A DNA stretch of 62,818 nt, filler included, from Sphaeroforma arctica JP610 (Eukaryota): assembly GCF_001186125.1 (NCBI RefSeq). It is 8 parts of 3 records of this genome, joined end to end, with 100 filler letters (N's around TTAATTAATTAA, not from the genome) between each part and the next. Parts side by side here need not be neighbours in the genome. Positions count along the whole stretch, not along the records: positions 23,337 to 42,283 come from NW_014040527.1; positions 42,384 to 47,172 come from NW_014040527.1; positions 47,273 to 52,153 come from NW_014040527.1; 5 more parts are not named here. One strand, written 5' to 3'. Each line of letters starts with the position of its first letter. Positions within the stretch are counted from its first letter, which is position 1. This document shows positions 38,201 to 50,383 of the stretch, piece after piece. Both the position numbers and the translations under genes were made by a program. The notes beneath the pieces are model-generated. The model was not told the DNA's origin. It saw nothing but the letters and a program-made list of their open reading frames with translations, and did not search any database.

Positions 38201-41095
38201 ATTTCACTTTGGTCGCTTGTGCTGGTGATTTGTATGACAAGCCTGCAACCCTATCCGAATTCATGAAATGGTATTCTTTTCCTGCAACGTCAACGTAGTC
38301 TGGCGCATGCCGGTTGGGGCGTAACAGGAGGATGAATTTCGCTGGAGATATCGATGTGTTCCACGTATTTCCAATTAAGTGTTGTTGAAGTGTGTCGAAC
38401 CCTATCACGGTGTTGCAGCCACGCGGAACCCATTCCGATACTAGAAGTACGTCTGTCTCGAACTTCGTAGCCACCCCTGTAGACTCTAAACGCTCCGTCA
38501 AAAACGATCGCCCCTGTGCCTCCGTACCCCTGAGAAATACCAGATTTGTCTCGTCTATCTCGAAATTAGTTATTGACAAGCGCTCTTAAAAACATTGTTG
38601 GTCTGGAACTCGTATCGTTATATTCCCTGAATGGTGCTTTTTCACATAAAGCTGCATTAACGGGTCCCATCTATTCTGCCAGTCACTGAGGTGGTGAGTG
38701 CGGAATAACCACGAGAACCTCTGTATATGGGTATGGAGGACATTTGTTCCTACAATGAATAATCTTTCTGCAAGCGTGACACTGTAGACACTTGTGTCTG
38801 AGTGTGCATTTAGAGCATTGCAGTGTGCGTGCATTCGATCGCGTTCCGTTACCATAGCAATCGTCTCGTGCACGTCTATCGCTCTGTCCTGGGCTACAGC
38901 ATTGTATCAAGTATCGCCATCCTTGACTCTGAATGGTTGTGAACCAATTGTTGGTCGTTCGCCGCCCTGTTATGATTGTATGGCGAAAACGTATCATAAA
39001 TAGATTTCATTATCCTTTTGGCAGGCGCTGTCGCCTTTGCTGGTCCTGAATAGTCGTACATATACAACATTGCTTCCGCTTGTTGCTGTGGGTAGGCTAT
39101 ACAAGTAAAAGAACGCCCCGCAATCCGAAGCACCTTCAGTACTTTAGTAAACATACTAGGGTTTGTGCAATAGATCCGTACAGTGCTCTCTTGCAGTCCG
39201 CCTCCGTGGTAATCGCTTGGAGTAGAGCTTGTGTATTAATTGTTGGCGTCCTGTCGTATCCCTGCCTCGATGAATTGCTGCGAAGCGTGGCTGTACTCTT
39301 TGTGGGTAGTTGAATGTGCTGGAATGTGCCGTGGGATATTGGTCGCAGTGGGATCGTTCAAGGTTAAACTCCCACTATGATTCTGATAGCGTGGAAAATA
39401 ACGCCCCCTATCATGTATATCCGGTTCATAGGAAACTATAACATGTGCGACCTAACGTAGATGTATGTAGATTGCTCCGCCGCCATCGGTCGCCAACTGC
39501 GCAGCGCTGTAAAAAAAACGTCGTTTGGTAAGTTGTGGGTGTCGTCCAAAACGTGCCGATAGTCGCAAATAATCCATTCGTTTGTCAACACGTCCCAAGC
39601 CCACGGGCCTCCCTCTAGAGGCATGAGTGCCGTCATGGTTACCCTGACGTAAAGTACCTAGTGATCAGACCAATGTCCGGAAATTGTGTACTCCCAAAAG
39701 ATTCTAAAATCATCTGGAACAGTGATAATTTACTTACAGTCTATCTCTTGTTCGGAAGTGAAAAGTGCCTTCTGCTCGTCTGTCACAGTCGTCTCGGGCT
39801 GCAGTCGATTCGTGTCGAAGTCACATAATGCCGTCGCACACGCTGTGCTAGCAGAATCTCGCGCAAGTCGCTAACTGTCTGCGTGGTAGCATTTGCCAGA
39901 GTTGAGCGCAGCTCCGTCTCTATTCATGCAGCCACTTTTTTAGCTGCCTTTGCTCGGTGGTATTATTCCTCAAACGTCTCCCTGCGAGGTTGTACCGATT
40001 CATCGTCTCCGTGTTCGCCTTGATCGTCGGCTTGATTTCCCTGGCTATTCCCGTCGTTTTCGTCCTGAATCTCCTTGTTGGCTTCCAGCACCTTATGCGT
40101 TCCTCCATTGCTCGCCCTCTGGGTTGAGCTTGCAACGCCAATGTATACACTTCGGGTGCCCCGGTGGCTGTCGGGCCGTTCGCTGAGGCGGTACCTAAAG
40201 CATCGGTGGCCGAGAAAACCCATAGACTGTCTGGAGTCATTTGCCACCGTTGCCGCGTCAAGCAAACTGATCTGAAGTACCAGGGACATGCCTTGGGTCC
40301 TTCGCAATGTAGTAAAGAATTCATCTGATAGATAGTTATTGTTGTAACGTATTGTGGTATCTCATTGAGCACGACTAAACGGTGCCGCGCCGCTCCCATG
40401 TTTTCTAGGTTCATGCCGCGCGTTTGGTGGCGTGGATCTGTCACAAGTTCCGAATGGAACATGTGGGTCGCAGGTCCGAATTTATCAATCAGAATTCGTT
40501 CCACATTCGTGACTGTAGGCTCGTCCGGTATATTGATATACACTCGTGCAAGTACCTGTTCGCTTAGATATGCTTCAGTTGAGCCTCGTTGAGTGTCATG
40601 GGTTGGTTGCTCGCCTCGAATCTTCGTTAACTGCGGAAGGGTCTTCACCTTACGCCACATCCGCATTCACGCTTCTACTGGAGCGAACTCGTCCCCATCA
40701 TAGACAGGCAAGCAAAAACGGCGTTCACTGAAATACTGCCGTGGTGGAATCAACTCAGTCTTTTGAATGAAATTCTGAGTTGTCGCTTAGGCCTAGCTAG
40801 TTTAATCGTAGTCCCTGTACACCATGGTTTATTAGACTATTGAAACCTAAACTAGATGAAACGGGCCTGGGACGGTGACCTAGTAGTGTATGACAGAGCC
40901 CTAGTGCATTCGGGTCCGTCCTAGATGTAGGAGGGATTAAAAAATTAATACCATACGAGTTAGGATCCATTAGGGGTGTGACCGCGCCCTACCCTGTACT
41001 AAAAAGGACAGGTCCTCTAGAACAACGTGCCACATCACTGTGGGCCTGGTCCTGCCCCGTACTCCAAAAGTTAGGACTCTAGAACAATATATCGT
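35271..41095 (-). mobile_element. Degenerate, internally deleted LTR retrotransposon: 5' LTR, gag-like ORF, RNase H end, integrase, ~4 kb of 3' extra coding-like sequence
   Basis: LTR 40807-41095. Gag-like ORF 40666-39920. SGKCYHADS*RLAR near 39890 (RNase H end). SGHW, WAWDVL..WIICDY, IHDRGRYF, HSSTFNYPQ (integrase) at 39700-39300. No RT seen. Confidence 0.62.
40807..41095 (-). repeat. LTR (5' LTR of the minus-strand element)
   Basis: Direct-repeat similarity to 30502-30790; AATAAA on the minus strand near its 3' end. Confidence 0.7.
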
Positions 41096-41250
41096 AGCAA
41101 AACTTTATTATTTGCGCCATGGTTACTATCATATGCTCATTCCAGTCAGCATTCAGCTTGTAGCACTGAAGTTTAAAAGCCGACCGCAACTTCCTTATTG
41201 CGCTATGGTTGCCGTATGCGCTTATTTCATATCAAAATATCAATATACCA

Positions 41251-41282
<32 letters not shown>

Positions 41283-41296
41283 ATATATATATAGAT

Positions 41297-41343
<47 letters not shown>

Positions 41344-41479
41344 ATATATNTATATGTATATTATATATATATATATAAATATATATATATTATAATATAT
41401 ATATATATATATATATAATATATATAAATATATATATATTTATAATATATATATATATATATATCTATCTATATGTATA

Positions 41480-41512
<33 letters not shown>

Positions 41513-41574
41513 ACACGCAAGTATTGTTTACGCAACCGTTGATCATCATTTTTGTTGTAGAGGTGCATGTTGTA

Positions 41575-41835
41575 GGTGTATGCAACTATTGAATGTTGAA
41601 AAATATTGGTTGACAATTGTTATCTATTGCCCGTTTCCAGCTGTGTATCGTCCCCTTGGGTATATGCAACTGTTGAAATATTTAAATCTATGGGCTGATT
41701 GTTATGATCTATTACCCTCTCCTCTGTCGCGTATCGCCTTCTTAGGTTTGTGCAACTGTTGTAACTGTTTGAATCTATTGATTGGCTGTTAGTATTATCG
41801 GCTACCGGCCATCAGCTAGGTATCGTCGTCCTACT
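41575..41835. repeat. Degenerate ~86-bp tandem repeat x3
   Basis: tgcaact(a/g)ttg...gtatcg units at ~41581, 41665, 41751. Confidence 0.6.
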
Positions 41836-42231
41836 CTCCCCAGCTATGCTGGATGTGAGGTAGTCGAGCGAATCCTGAGAGAGCCAAACAAGGATTGTAA
41901 CAGGAGTCAGAAACAAGCTGTCACGGAGGTACATTCAACTCCGGAACTGTGAGTAGTTATTCTTTTTACGGAAACGAGGTTTTGGTCATGTACATGCATT
42001 GTATCATATCAAAATGAGAGAGTCATGCTGGTATATTGCGCTATACAAAATAAACTGCAAGTACCTGTCGAAATGCGACTTTAATATCTTGAGCGTCCTC
42101 CACGGAAAGCTTTTGGAATAACTCGGCATTCTCCTAATCAAGGAATGAGATTCGGGTTACTTTGTGAATCAACAATCGTATAGCTATGGAGAGAAACAAC
42201 AACCACCCGAATGCTCGTAGAATGCATATAT

Positions 42232-42273
<42 letters not shown>

Positions 42274-42794
42274 TATTATATACNNNNNNNNNNNNNNNNN
42301 NNNNNNNNNNNNNNNNNNNNNNNNNNNTTAATTAATTAANNNNNNNNNNNNNNNNNNNNNNNNNNNNNNNNNNNNNNNNNNNNATTATATTTATATTTAT
42401 TTTATGCGATCTGTATGGTATTTATTAATCTTTTCCAGCGTATACAATACGCTCGCTTCTGGGTTGGCCGCCTATTTGGTGTATTAAAGTTCTTTGAGTA
42501 AAGCATAGGCAACACTCCCTGTCCAACATACCTACCCTGTACTGTATCTGACTGTCTCCGGTCACGCACTGCCTTCCGCACAGATGAGACCAATAGGTTC
42601 ATCAGTGGTGGGATAGACTAGGTACAGTGAGAACCTTCTTTGTCTCTATGTATTAACTGTTTGGACTTCTATTACGCCGCAGTGCTTGTGATACTGCCTC
42701 CAATAACTCAGACCTTCAGCCCTGATACCTCACTATAAGTGTGTCTTCTGACGGACTGTTTTGCAACAAGCGCCTGTAACAGTACACTTCAACC

Positions 42795-43110
42795 GATTTA
42801 AATGCTAAATGTATCTGATACTAAGCAAGTGTCTGTGACAGTACACTTTAACTGGTTTAAATACTTAATGTATCTGTGGCTAAAAAAGTTTAAATGCTTG
42901 ATCAGTATCTGGCCTAACAAGTCTAAATTGCTTAATGTATCTGATACTAAACAAGTGCCTGTAACAGTACACATAAACTGGTTTAAGTGCTTAATGTATC
43001 TGTGGCTAAATAAGTCCAAATGCTTAATGTATCTGTGGTTACACAAGTCTAAAATGCTTAATGTATCTGATACTAAACAAGTGCCTGTAACAGTACACTC
43101 TAACTATGTA
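42795..43110. repeat. Complex minisatellite
   Basis: aatgcttaatgtatctg(a/t)... and caagtgcctgtaacagtacac units. Confidence 0.85.
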
Positions 43111-43463
43111 TCTCTAGGCAAATACGAACAGACCCATCCGTAATATAATTACTACACATGACCTTCGGACTCCACTCGGCCACACCAACAGATAGATGTC
43201 AGTAAAAGGGTGTGTAACGCCACAGACCTGGTTTAATCACAGCGCTAGTGCTGATATAATATTTTTCATTCCTTTACTTCATATGTCCCTTTGTACAACC
43301 CCATCGCTCAGCATAGATGTCCCTAACTCTTCCTCTCATCTTCATCACACCATCACCACCGAATACTTAAATGTTCTAATTCCATGCAGCTATATTGAAC
43401 GCCCGTCTTAAACTTATTTTAAACGTGACCAGCATCCGTAAGTATGTTACATACAAAACACGT

Positions 43464-45364
43464 CTACTTTTGCTTTCTGTATGTGCCAATAACCACGGCG
43501 TGGTCCCTCTCGTACGGCTCTAGCGTTAACTGTTCTTCGGGCTTTAAGTCCATCTCCCTCAGTTTTTGTACCTCTGACGCGAACACCTTCTCGGCCTCTA
43601 CAGTTGAGTCGATACAGTTGGCCTACGAAAACAGCATACAAACAGGTGTGTGTACGTGATGTGTATGTAATTAACATATATAATGAAATACTTATTTTCC
43701 CGCTGACAATCCCAATCAGGTATATCGCATAAGGCTCACAAGCAAACAACACTGAAATAAGTCTACTTCCAAAATTCATCCGTGCAAATTGAACAATCGT
43801 GGAAACAAATCCAATGAATATCACCCGTTGCATTAATTAACTAGTCGTCTTTACTGATATACGTATACGATCCAAACATGGGTTACCATGCCTACGAAAT
43901 AGCGCTGTCTACATTAACAGTTATTTAATTAAATACACTAATACTATACTAAACGCACTATAGATACAGTCACACTCTGGGTTGTGCATAGTTCTGCAAA
44001 AACAAGTAGCGCCTATACTAAATCTATATGTAGACACCAAAACATCATATACAACAACAGACGGTCTCAGCAATAATTAATTTTCCTCAAATCTGTTCAG
44101 AAATTAAAACAAAGCTTATCAAACATCATGGACCGGTTATCGTACCCTACGCCTTTGATAGTAGAGCCCACACCACCATACAACAAACACCCGACAGAAA
44201 GTACCGAACTTCCTCTGGGAGAGACGTAGGCCTAAGGTAACAACCACCTACCTTGATTGAAATGACGAAGTGCCCACCGGTCTTCAAAAAGTTTTGCGAG
44301 TTGATACCAACGATACGCGCCTGATCGGGCTGAGCCACATCAGCGAACACACAATCCACCATGCCAACCAGCATGCGGTATTTGTGAGGGTGTCTCGCAT
44401 CTTCGATGATGGGAATGATGTTTGTGCGTTTCTTCGCACAGTTCAGGAGATCACGTCCTGATCTGTGTGAGAACTCTACGGCGTATACACACCCCTCCTA
44501 CGCGTACGAAAGGATGCAAGATGTCAAGGATGAGCAAATGGATGGCATCCGTACGTGTTGGGTATGGGTCGACGCGTGAGTGAGAAAAGGGAAACGAGAA
44601 GCGTACAGATGACTGGGTGTCATATACAAGAAGCAATGAAGGGAAAACGCAAGTTGCCAAGCTGAGAAGAAAAAATAGGAACAGGTGGACACCACGTGTA
44701 GCAGCCGACGACGTTATTCTGAATCAGTGAACGTGCTACATGCAGCCGAAATACGCGACCGACAACATCACTCGACCAGCTGGGTGGCCAATAGCGGTAA
44801 GATATCAATCCCAACTGCTAAAACCCTTAAAACCGTTAAAACATGCACAGAAACGCGAAAGAAACGACTTACCGGACCAACAATGTCGGACACGTGTGAC
44901 ACTGATGTACCAGAAGCGGCACCCAAATATAAGACCTTGGATCCAGGCTCCATATATAAGTTATCTACTCCACCCAGGACTGCAGCGCCCAACTTACTGC
45001 GGAAAGGGTTCCAGACTCTGTACTCTACCTTCTCCCCGTCCACCTCAGTCGAGATACGCTTTTCACCGTACACACTCTCGCCGGGGGTCGAGTTCTTAGT
45101 CAGCAATGCATCGTCCTTACCACGTGCCACAAACACACCCTTGAAGCGATGCGGCTCAACTACTACCTTGGCTCCCCTACCCATGGGCTTACCAGCCCCC
45201 CCACGTCCTCTGCCGCCGCCACGACCGCCACGACCGCCACGGTCACCTCCGCCACGACCGCCACGGTCACCTCCGCCACGACCGCCACGGCCGCCGCGAT
45301 CACCTCCACGACCACGTGATGGACCACCACGACCCCTGGGTGCACCTCTGCCTCTGCCTGACAT
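43464..45364 (-). CDS. FBL: Fibrillarin / Nop1 rRNA 2'-O-methyltransferase, 298 aa, 3 exons
   Basis: Exons 45364-44873, 44497-44252, 43622-43464. RGG/GAR N-terminus, [56 protein letters not shown]. Confidence 0.98.
44062..44135 (-). ncRNA. Box C/D snoRNA in fibrillarin intron 2, guide complementary to LSU rRNA
   Basis: Minus strand: CGGTC-c-ATGATGT(C)-ttgataa-GCTTTGTTTTAATT-t-CTGA(D')-acagatt-TGAGGA(C')-aaattaattattg-CTGA(D)-GACCG. 5-bp terminal stem. The 14-nt guide is the complement of AATTAAAACAAAGC, a conserved 28S segment (recalled). Confidence 0.8.
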
Positions 45365-47289
45365 AGTTATGTGTGTGTTTGTGTGCGTGTGTGTGTGTGC
45401 GCTTACACGTTGTGCTGGGGGAATACGACGACGGATGAGCGTGATATCCAAGCAAGGTACAATGAGAGAGGTTGGGGTGTTTCGCATGGCTATATTCTTT
45501 TGAAGGGCCGCTTTTTACCCGCACGTGGAATCCTCGATAGTTGTCCAGCCGCTATTACTATATCAATTTATTATTTTTTTTTTTTATATCTTCTTGCTCT
45601 TTTTAGATATTGGAAAAAACAAACGTAAATGAAAACGTTTAAATTCTAATTATACGCCCCAGTAGCCCAGTCCCCACTGTTAATTTTAGTGGACTAGAAC
45701 TCAAACTCTCAGGCTCACAAATGATCACAGCCAATCAATTCACATTTTCAGCAAGAGAAGCTATGGGTCTTATAAATATAAGTTTAACGTATAATAAACG
45801 TGTCTTATTATTATGTAATTCGGTTTATGAGCCATTAAACGTTTATTTCTTGTTTACAGACTTTATAAAAAAAACTGCCTTCACAAGTCTATGGGTTGCA
45901 AATAAATACATGTGTGCATATTGTTTTGGGGGAATTACAGTATAGCCGGTTTAACGTATAACGTTTTGAGTGAACTCCCACAAGCGCTACCCCTTATCAT
46001 TGGTCAAGTGCCCACACAGCACACCCGGCGTACGCTAGAGACTTAGTGAGTATAGACCTTTTAGGGTTTTGGCGTACACGTGTACTGTTTCAATGTTCAT
46101 GTTGCCACGGATATGAAATATGCCAACCCGTTTGAGCTATTCGCTTTAGACTTTATGGTGCAGGATCCGTCTATCTGTCCTAGTGCTTCGTGTAAGTCTG
46201 TGACAATCTAGATCAGGTCTACACGTATCACATACAGTATGTGAGAAAATCTTATAATTATATTATACATAAAGATACATGTCTGATCGACTCCAATGGT
46301 TGCCTGCGTTTTCACCCACCCCGAACGTTACTACAATAAAACATGCTGAAACATATAGTCCCATATCACAAGGCTCGCGCTGCGATCCGTACCGCTTCGT
46401 TGAGTATTATTTATATGAAAGCTGAGCTTGAATATGCAATGTCCGGTGGTCTTTTAGTGCGTTTGAATCCTGAGTGGTGTAGGCTAACCTTATGTGGTAT
46501 ATACTTTATATACCGCCTGTGATGTACAATATATACACTATAGCAAGACCTTGCATTTATATCACGAGTGTGGGTGACTGTGGTAGGTGTCTGTGACTCT
46601 GTGCCCTTCTGTGCTATACTTCAATTACTTTCAAAACACATACACACATGCCCATTTGCAAAGGGCCTTACCGCTCGGAATAGTGTTCGCTGTGAGCTGT
46701 ATCTGCGGAATAGTCGCTGCAAGTGCTAATTCGTAGTAACGGCTTTTCAAATAGAAGGGTTCGCTTGTACTTAAAGAGTATGTATCCTATTAAAATTTGG
46801 TTTAGAATTTTGTAATACTTCATAACACGATGCGCTCATGGTTGTTGTAGGCCCACTACAGTGTACTTGAAGGCCATTCCACTGCCCCTAACCCATGGAG
46901 CACCAAAGTTGGGCTCAACCCTCAGTCATCAAACTATGATCTCAAGATTACGGCACAACACAGCTATATATGTCCGTAGGAATGCATAAACATCAATATT
47001 TCAATATGTATATATATATATGTATATATATATATTATATTTATGTGTGTGTATATATATATATATTATTTATGTATATATAGATAGATTTTTATATATA
47101 TTACTTTTATTATTATTACTATTAACATTATATTTTCTATATATATATTTATTATATTACTATATTACTATANNNNNNNNNNNNNNNNNNNNNNNNNNNN
47201 NNNNNNNNNNNNNNNNTTAATTAATTAANNNNNNNNNNNNNNNNNNNNNNNNNNNNNNNNNNNNNNNNNNNNATATATAAATATGTGTG

Positions 47290-47334
<45 letters not shown>

Positions 47335-47348
47335 TATATATATGTGTA

Positions 47349-47385
<37 letters not shown>

Positions 47386-47633
47386 AATATGTATATATAT
47401 ATATATATATATGCTGGTTGCTTCGCAGTTCTGAGCCTGTGCTAGTGTATATTACATGTGACACACGTTGATACTGCTTTATGACCCGCCCCAATTCCGC
47501 AATGTATTCCCATTTCATCTGAAACAATACGCATATCATTTGACAGCAAGTTAAAATCCTCACCCACACAAAATCGATCCAAGCCAGCTTCCACCTCACA
47601 CACATACACACACTCCACAAACCAAAAGCTTAC

Positions 47634-49115
47634 CGTGCGCATGCCACTGCTGTACGATCGTCGGAAGGTCTCATCGGGTGCCGGTGACGGTATATCTCGT
47701 GACATGTGTCCATTACCGCTGAAAGCATCCCTGATCGACCCAGCTCGTGGACTCTCATTCGGTGATAACACGCTGTCACGCGCAAACCTGGCCTCACGCG
47801 CTTCGGCACGCTCATTTGAGCGTGATTCGAGCGCAGACGACACGGATCTGTGCGCAGAGCGGCGCGACGAACTGGGCTGGTACATCGGGGATACCGGAAA
47901 CTCCCGCCGGGTTGTAGTAGGCACGTATACTGAGTTGTCGCATGCTCGCGTGGGTGCGGAAATACGCCGCTTACTATACAAACGTGCGCCGTCCATTTCC
48001 CGTGCACTCACACCCACGTGAAAGGACAGGGCTTCGAGAAGCTCTAGCTCCATACTGTTGATATGACTTGGATCTAGTTGACACACCCGCGCCCAGGAGG
48101 CATTTGTTTGCGGGATATCGTACAAGTACTTCGTTGCCGTGAGCAGACACGCCACAAACAACTGCTTGCTGCAATTGACTGTGGACAGTCCTTTCTCGGC
48201 AAACACGTCGCTCAGCCGCACCATATACACGAGCGAAGCTAGCATGGCCGTTTCGCATATCCCCAACTCTTGTACCATGTATGAAGCAAATGCACGGGTG
48301 GATTGAACTAAGGGAGACTTCTGTTTGTTCCCTGGCTCCCATAGGTTCACGACAAATTCGGAGACGTCATCTGCAGGGGTGATGATGCGAGTGATAAGAC
48401 GTTGTCGGATGTCGCGTTATCGGGCGCCACTCAAAGAAGGCAAGCGCTGTTGACAAATTGCTACTTACGAGCCGTTCTAGCAACAACAACAAAAAAGACT
48501 AAGGGACTAATACACTAAAGAAAAGAACTAGCTATCAGGGATAGTCCGGACTATAGACCAATAAAACGTCCCGTGCAAAAGGCTAAGTGCATATACGTAG
48601 GCACACTCCTAAGACGTATGACTGTGTATTCTATCGCGTACTATAGATATGATTTATACGGCAAGATGATGCTTTTTGACCAGTGACTGTGCGTTCCGAC
48701 ATTAAAAGTCCTTCACCGATAACTGACAGCAAGAAGTAAACGATTACGATTTGTTCCCGGGAATGAGCGAACTACACTCGTCCATAAACAGAATTAGCAC
48801 GTCTCGAATTTGGTTCACATAGAACAAGAGCCGTCTCCCGACCTCTAACATATACCACACACGCCCCAAACAGCCTATCCGACGATAATAAAACCAATGA
48901 AAGTCGAACACACCTAGTTGCCTAGCTGAGACAGCCGCCCACGCGAAGGATTGATCCGCTCGTACGCCATTGTAACGACTTGCGAGTGCAATTTGGCTTT
49001 GCCTACGCCGAACTTCAGACTTGGAGTCACCACAGTCTCGCGACTCGACATCGACCGAGGCAAGAGCGGTATAATCTAAGTTGTAAGGAGCTTCCGAAGG
49101 AACAGAACGCGCCAT
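47634..49115 (-). CDS. PHO80/PCL-type cyclin (3' end uncertain, near gap)
   Basis: Exons 49115-48914 and 48370-47634 (phase 1; donor gtaagc at 47633). Cyclin box LASLVYMVRL..LFVACLLTATKYLYD..NASWARV..INSMELELLEALSF. Confidence 0.85.
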
Positions 49116-50383
49116 GTTGCAGTCGATGCTTAGTTTAGAGTGTTGGTCTATGAATGAGCAGTCCTTCCGCTAACCCTGTCCGATGCAAATAACTGGTGTC
49201 ACCGCGTGGGTGACCTATTCGCTGTTTTTCATGGTTTGCATTTGGTTGTTAAACCAACTAAAGAAAAGGAGAAGTATAGGAGAAGAAAAGGAGAAGCGCT
49301 GTTGAAAAGGATAGAGATTTGATGCGAAGTATGACGATGGTATTCTCACGTATTACGCGTGTGAGTTCAAGACCATCGTGGCGTGGCGTGACATGAACAC
49401 ACGGTAAGCGCAAACGTTCGTCTACTATCTCATTAGGTTCCACTGTGACCGAAGTGCCCAACAAATTGATTTGTCCTCCTCTTCTATACTACAATCCAAT
49501 CTACGCAGCACTCTGCACAGATCATCAAAAAGTATAAAATCAAGAGCCGTTATTGGGGTCTATTTTAATTGATGAACGCAAACGCTTATTGTTATATCGG
49601 TTAATGATATCATTTTATAACTTTTTAAATACGTTTTATATGGGTCAAAAAACTGGATAAAAGAATCGACCTAAAAGACTACTAAACGGACACATATCTG
49701 TGGAATAGATACAATATTTTGAACCTCAGCGCTTTTAGTATGCATCCAAAGTATCTAACTTAGGGCTAACACGTAGACGTACGTTTTTATGAAAAAACGT
49801 ATTGAGGCTGTTGGAGAAAAAAAGAAGAAGAAAAATTGGAAATTACACCATCGTATGAAATAATACGTATTCATTGGTTGTTGTATATATCATTTTATTT
49901 TTGCTGGTTGGTTTTGTTCTTCTTTTTTTCTCAAAATTAAAAAACCAAACAAAAAGGAACCCATATTTAAAAAAAACCCCCAAATAAAACTTTGAAACAA
50001 GATGAAAAGCTACCTAAATAAAGTTATAACCAAATTGCACGGTTTTCATAAATTCATAGTTTTCCTGTAAATACTATAATAAGTTAATAACTGAGTTTTT
50101 CAGATTGTCATTTCAAACACAAAAATATGTAAGGCTATATAGTATATAGTGCACAATGAGGGGTGTGTCATAGCTACAATAGTTTTTCCAGCGCGAAAGG
50201 ATTAGAGAAATCCGCCCAGGCGAGTTGATCCCAGCTTAGAAGGTTCAGAGAAATCTATCCAGGAGCGGATTGGGTGGACTTGGGTTGGTTGGTTCAGTCA
50301 TTCACCTAATTTACTATATAGATACTAACCGGGACGTCACTCTAATTGATTAGAGACACGAAAGTCAGCTGTTGGTTATAAAG

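Noticed and set aside
41844..41950. Possible isolated exon (YAGCEVVERILREPNK...)
   Set aside because: Splice-like borders, but no recognisable homology or partner exons; flanked by a TA tract and a gap.
44685..45503. Pro-rich 272-aa plus-strand ORF
   Set aside because: Antisense of the fibrillarin RGG exon.
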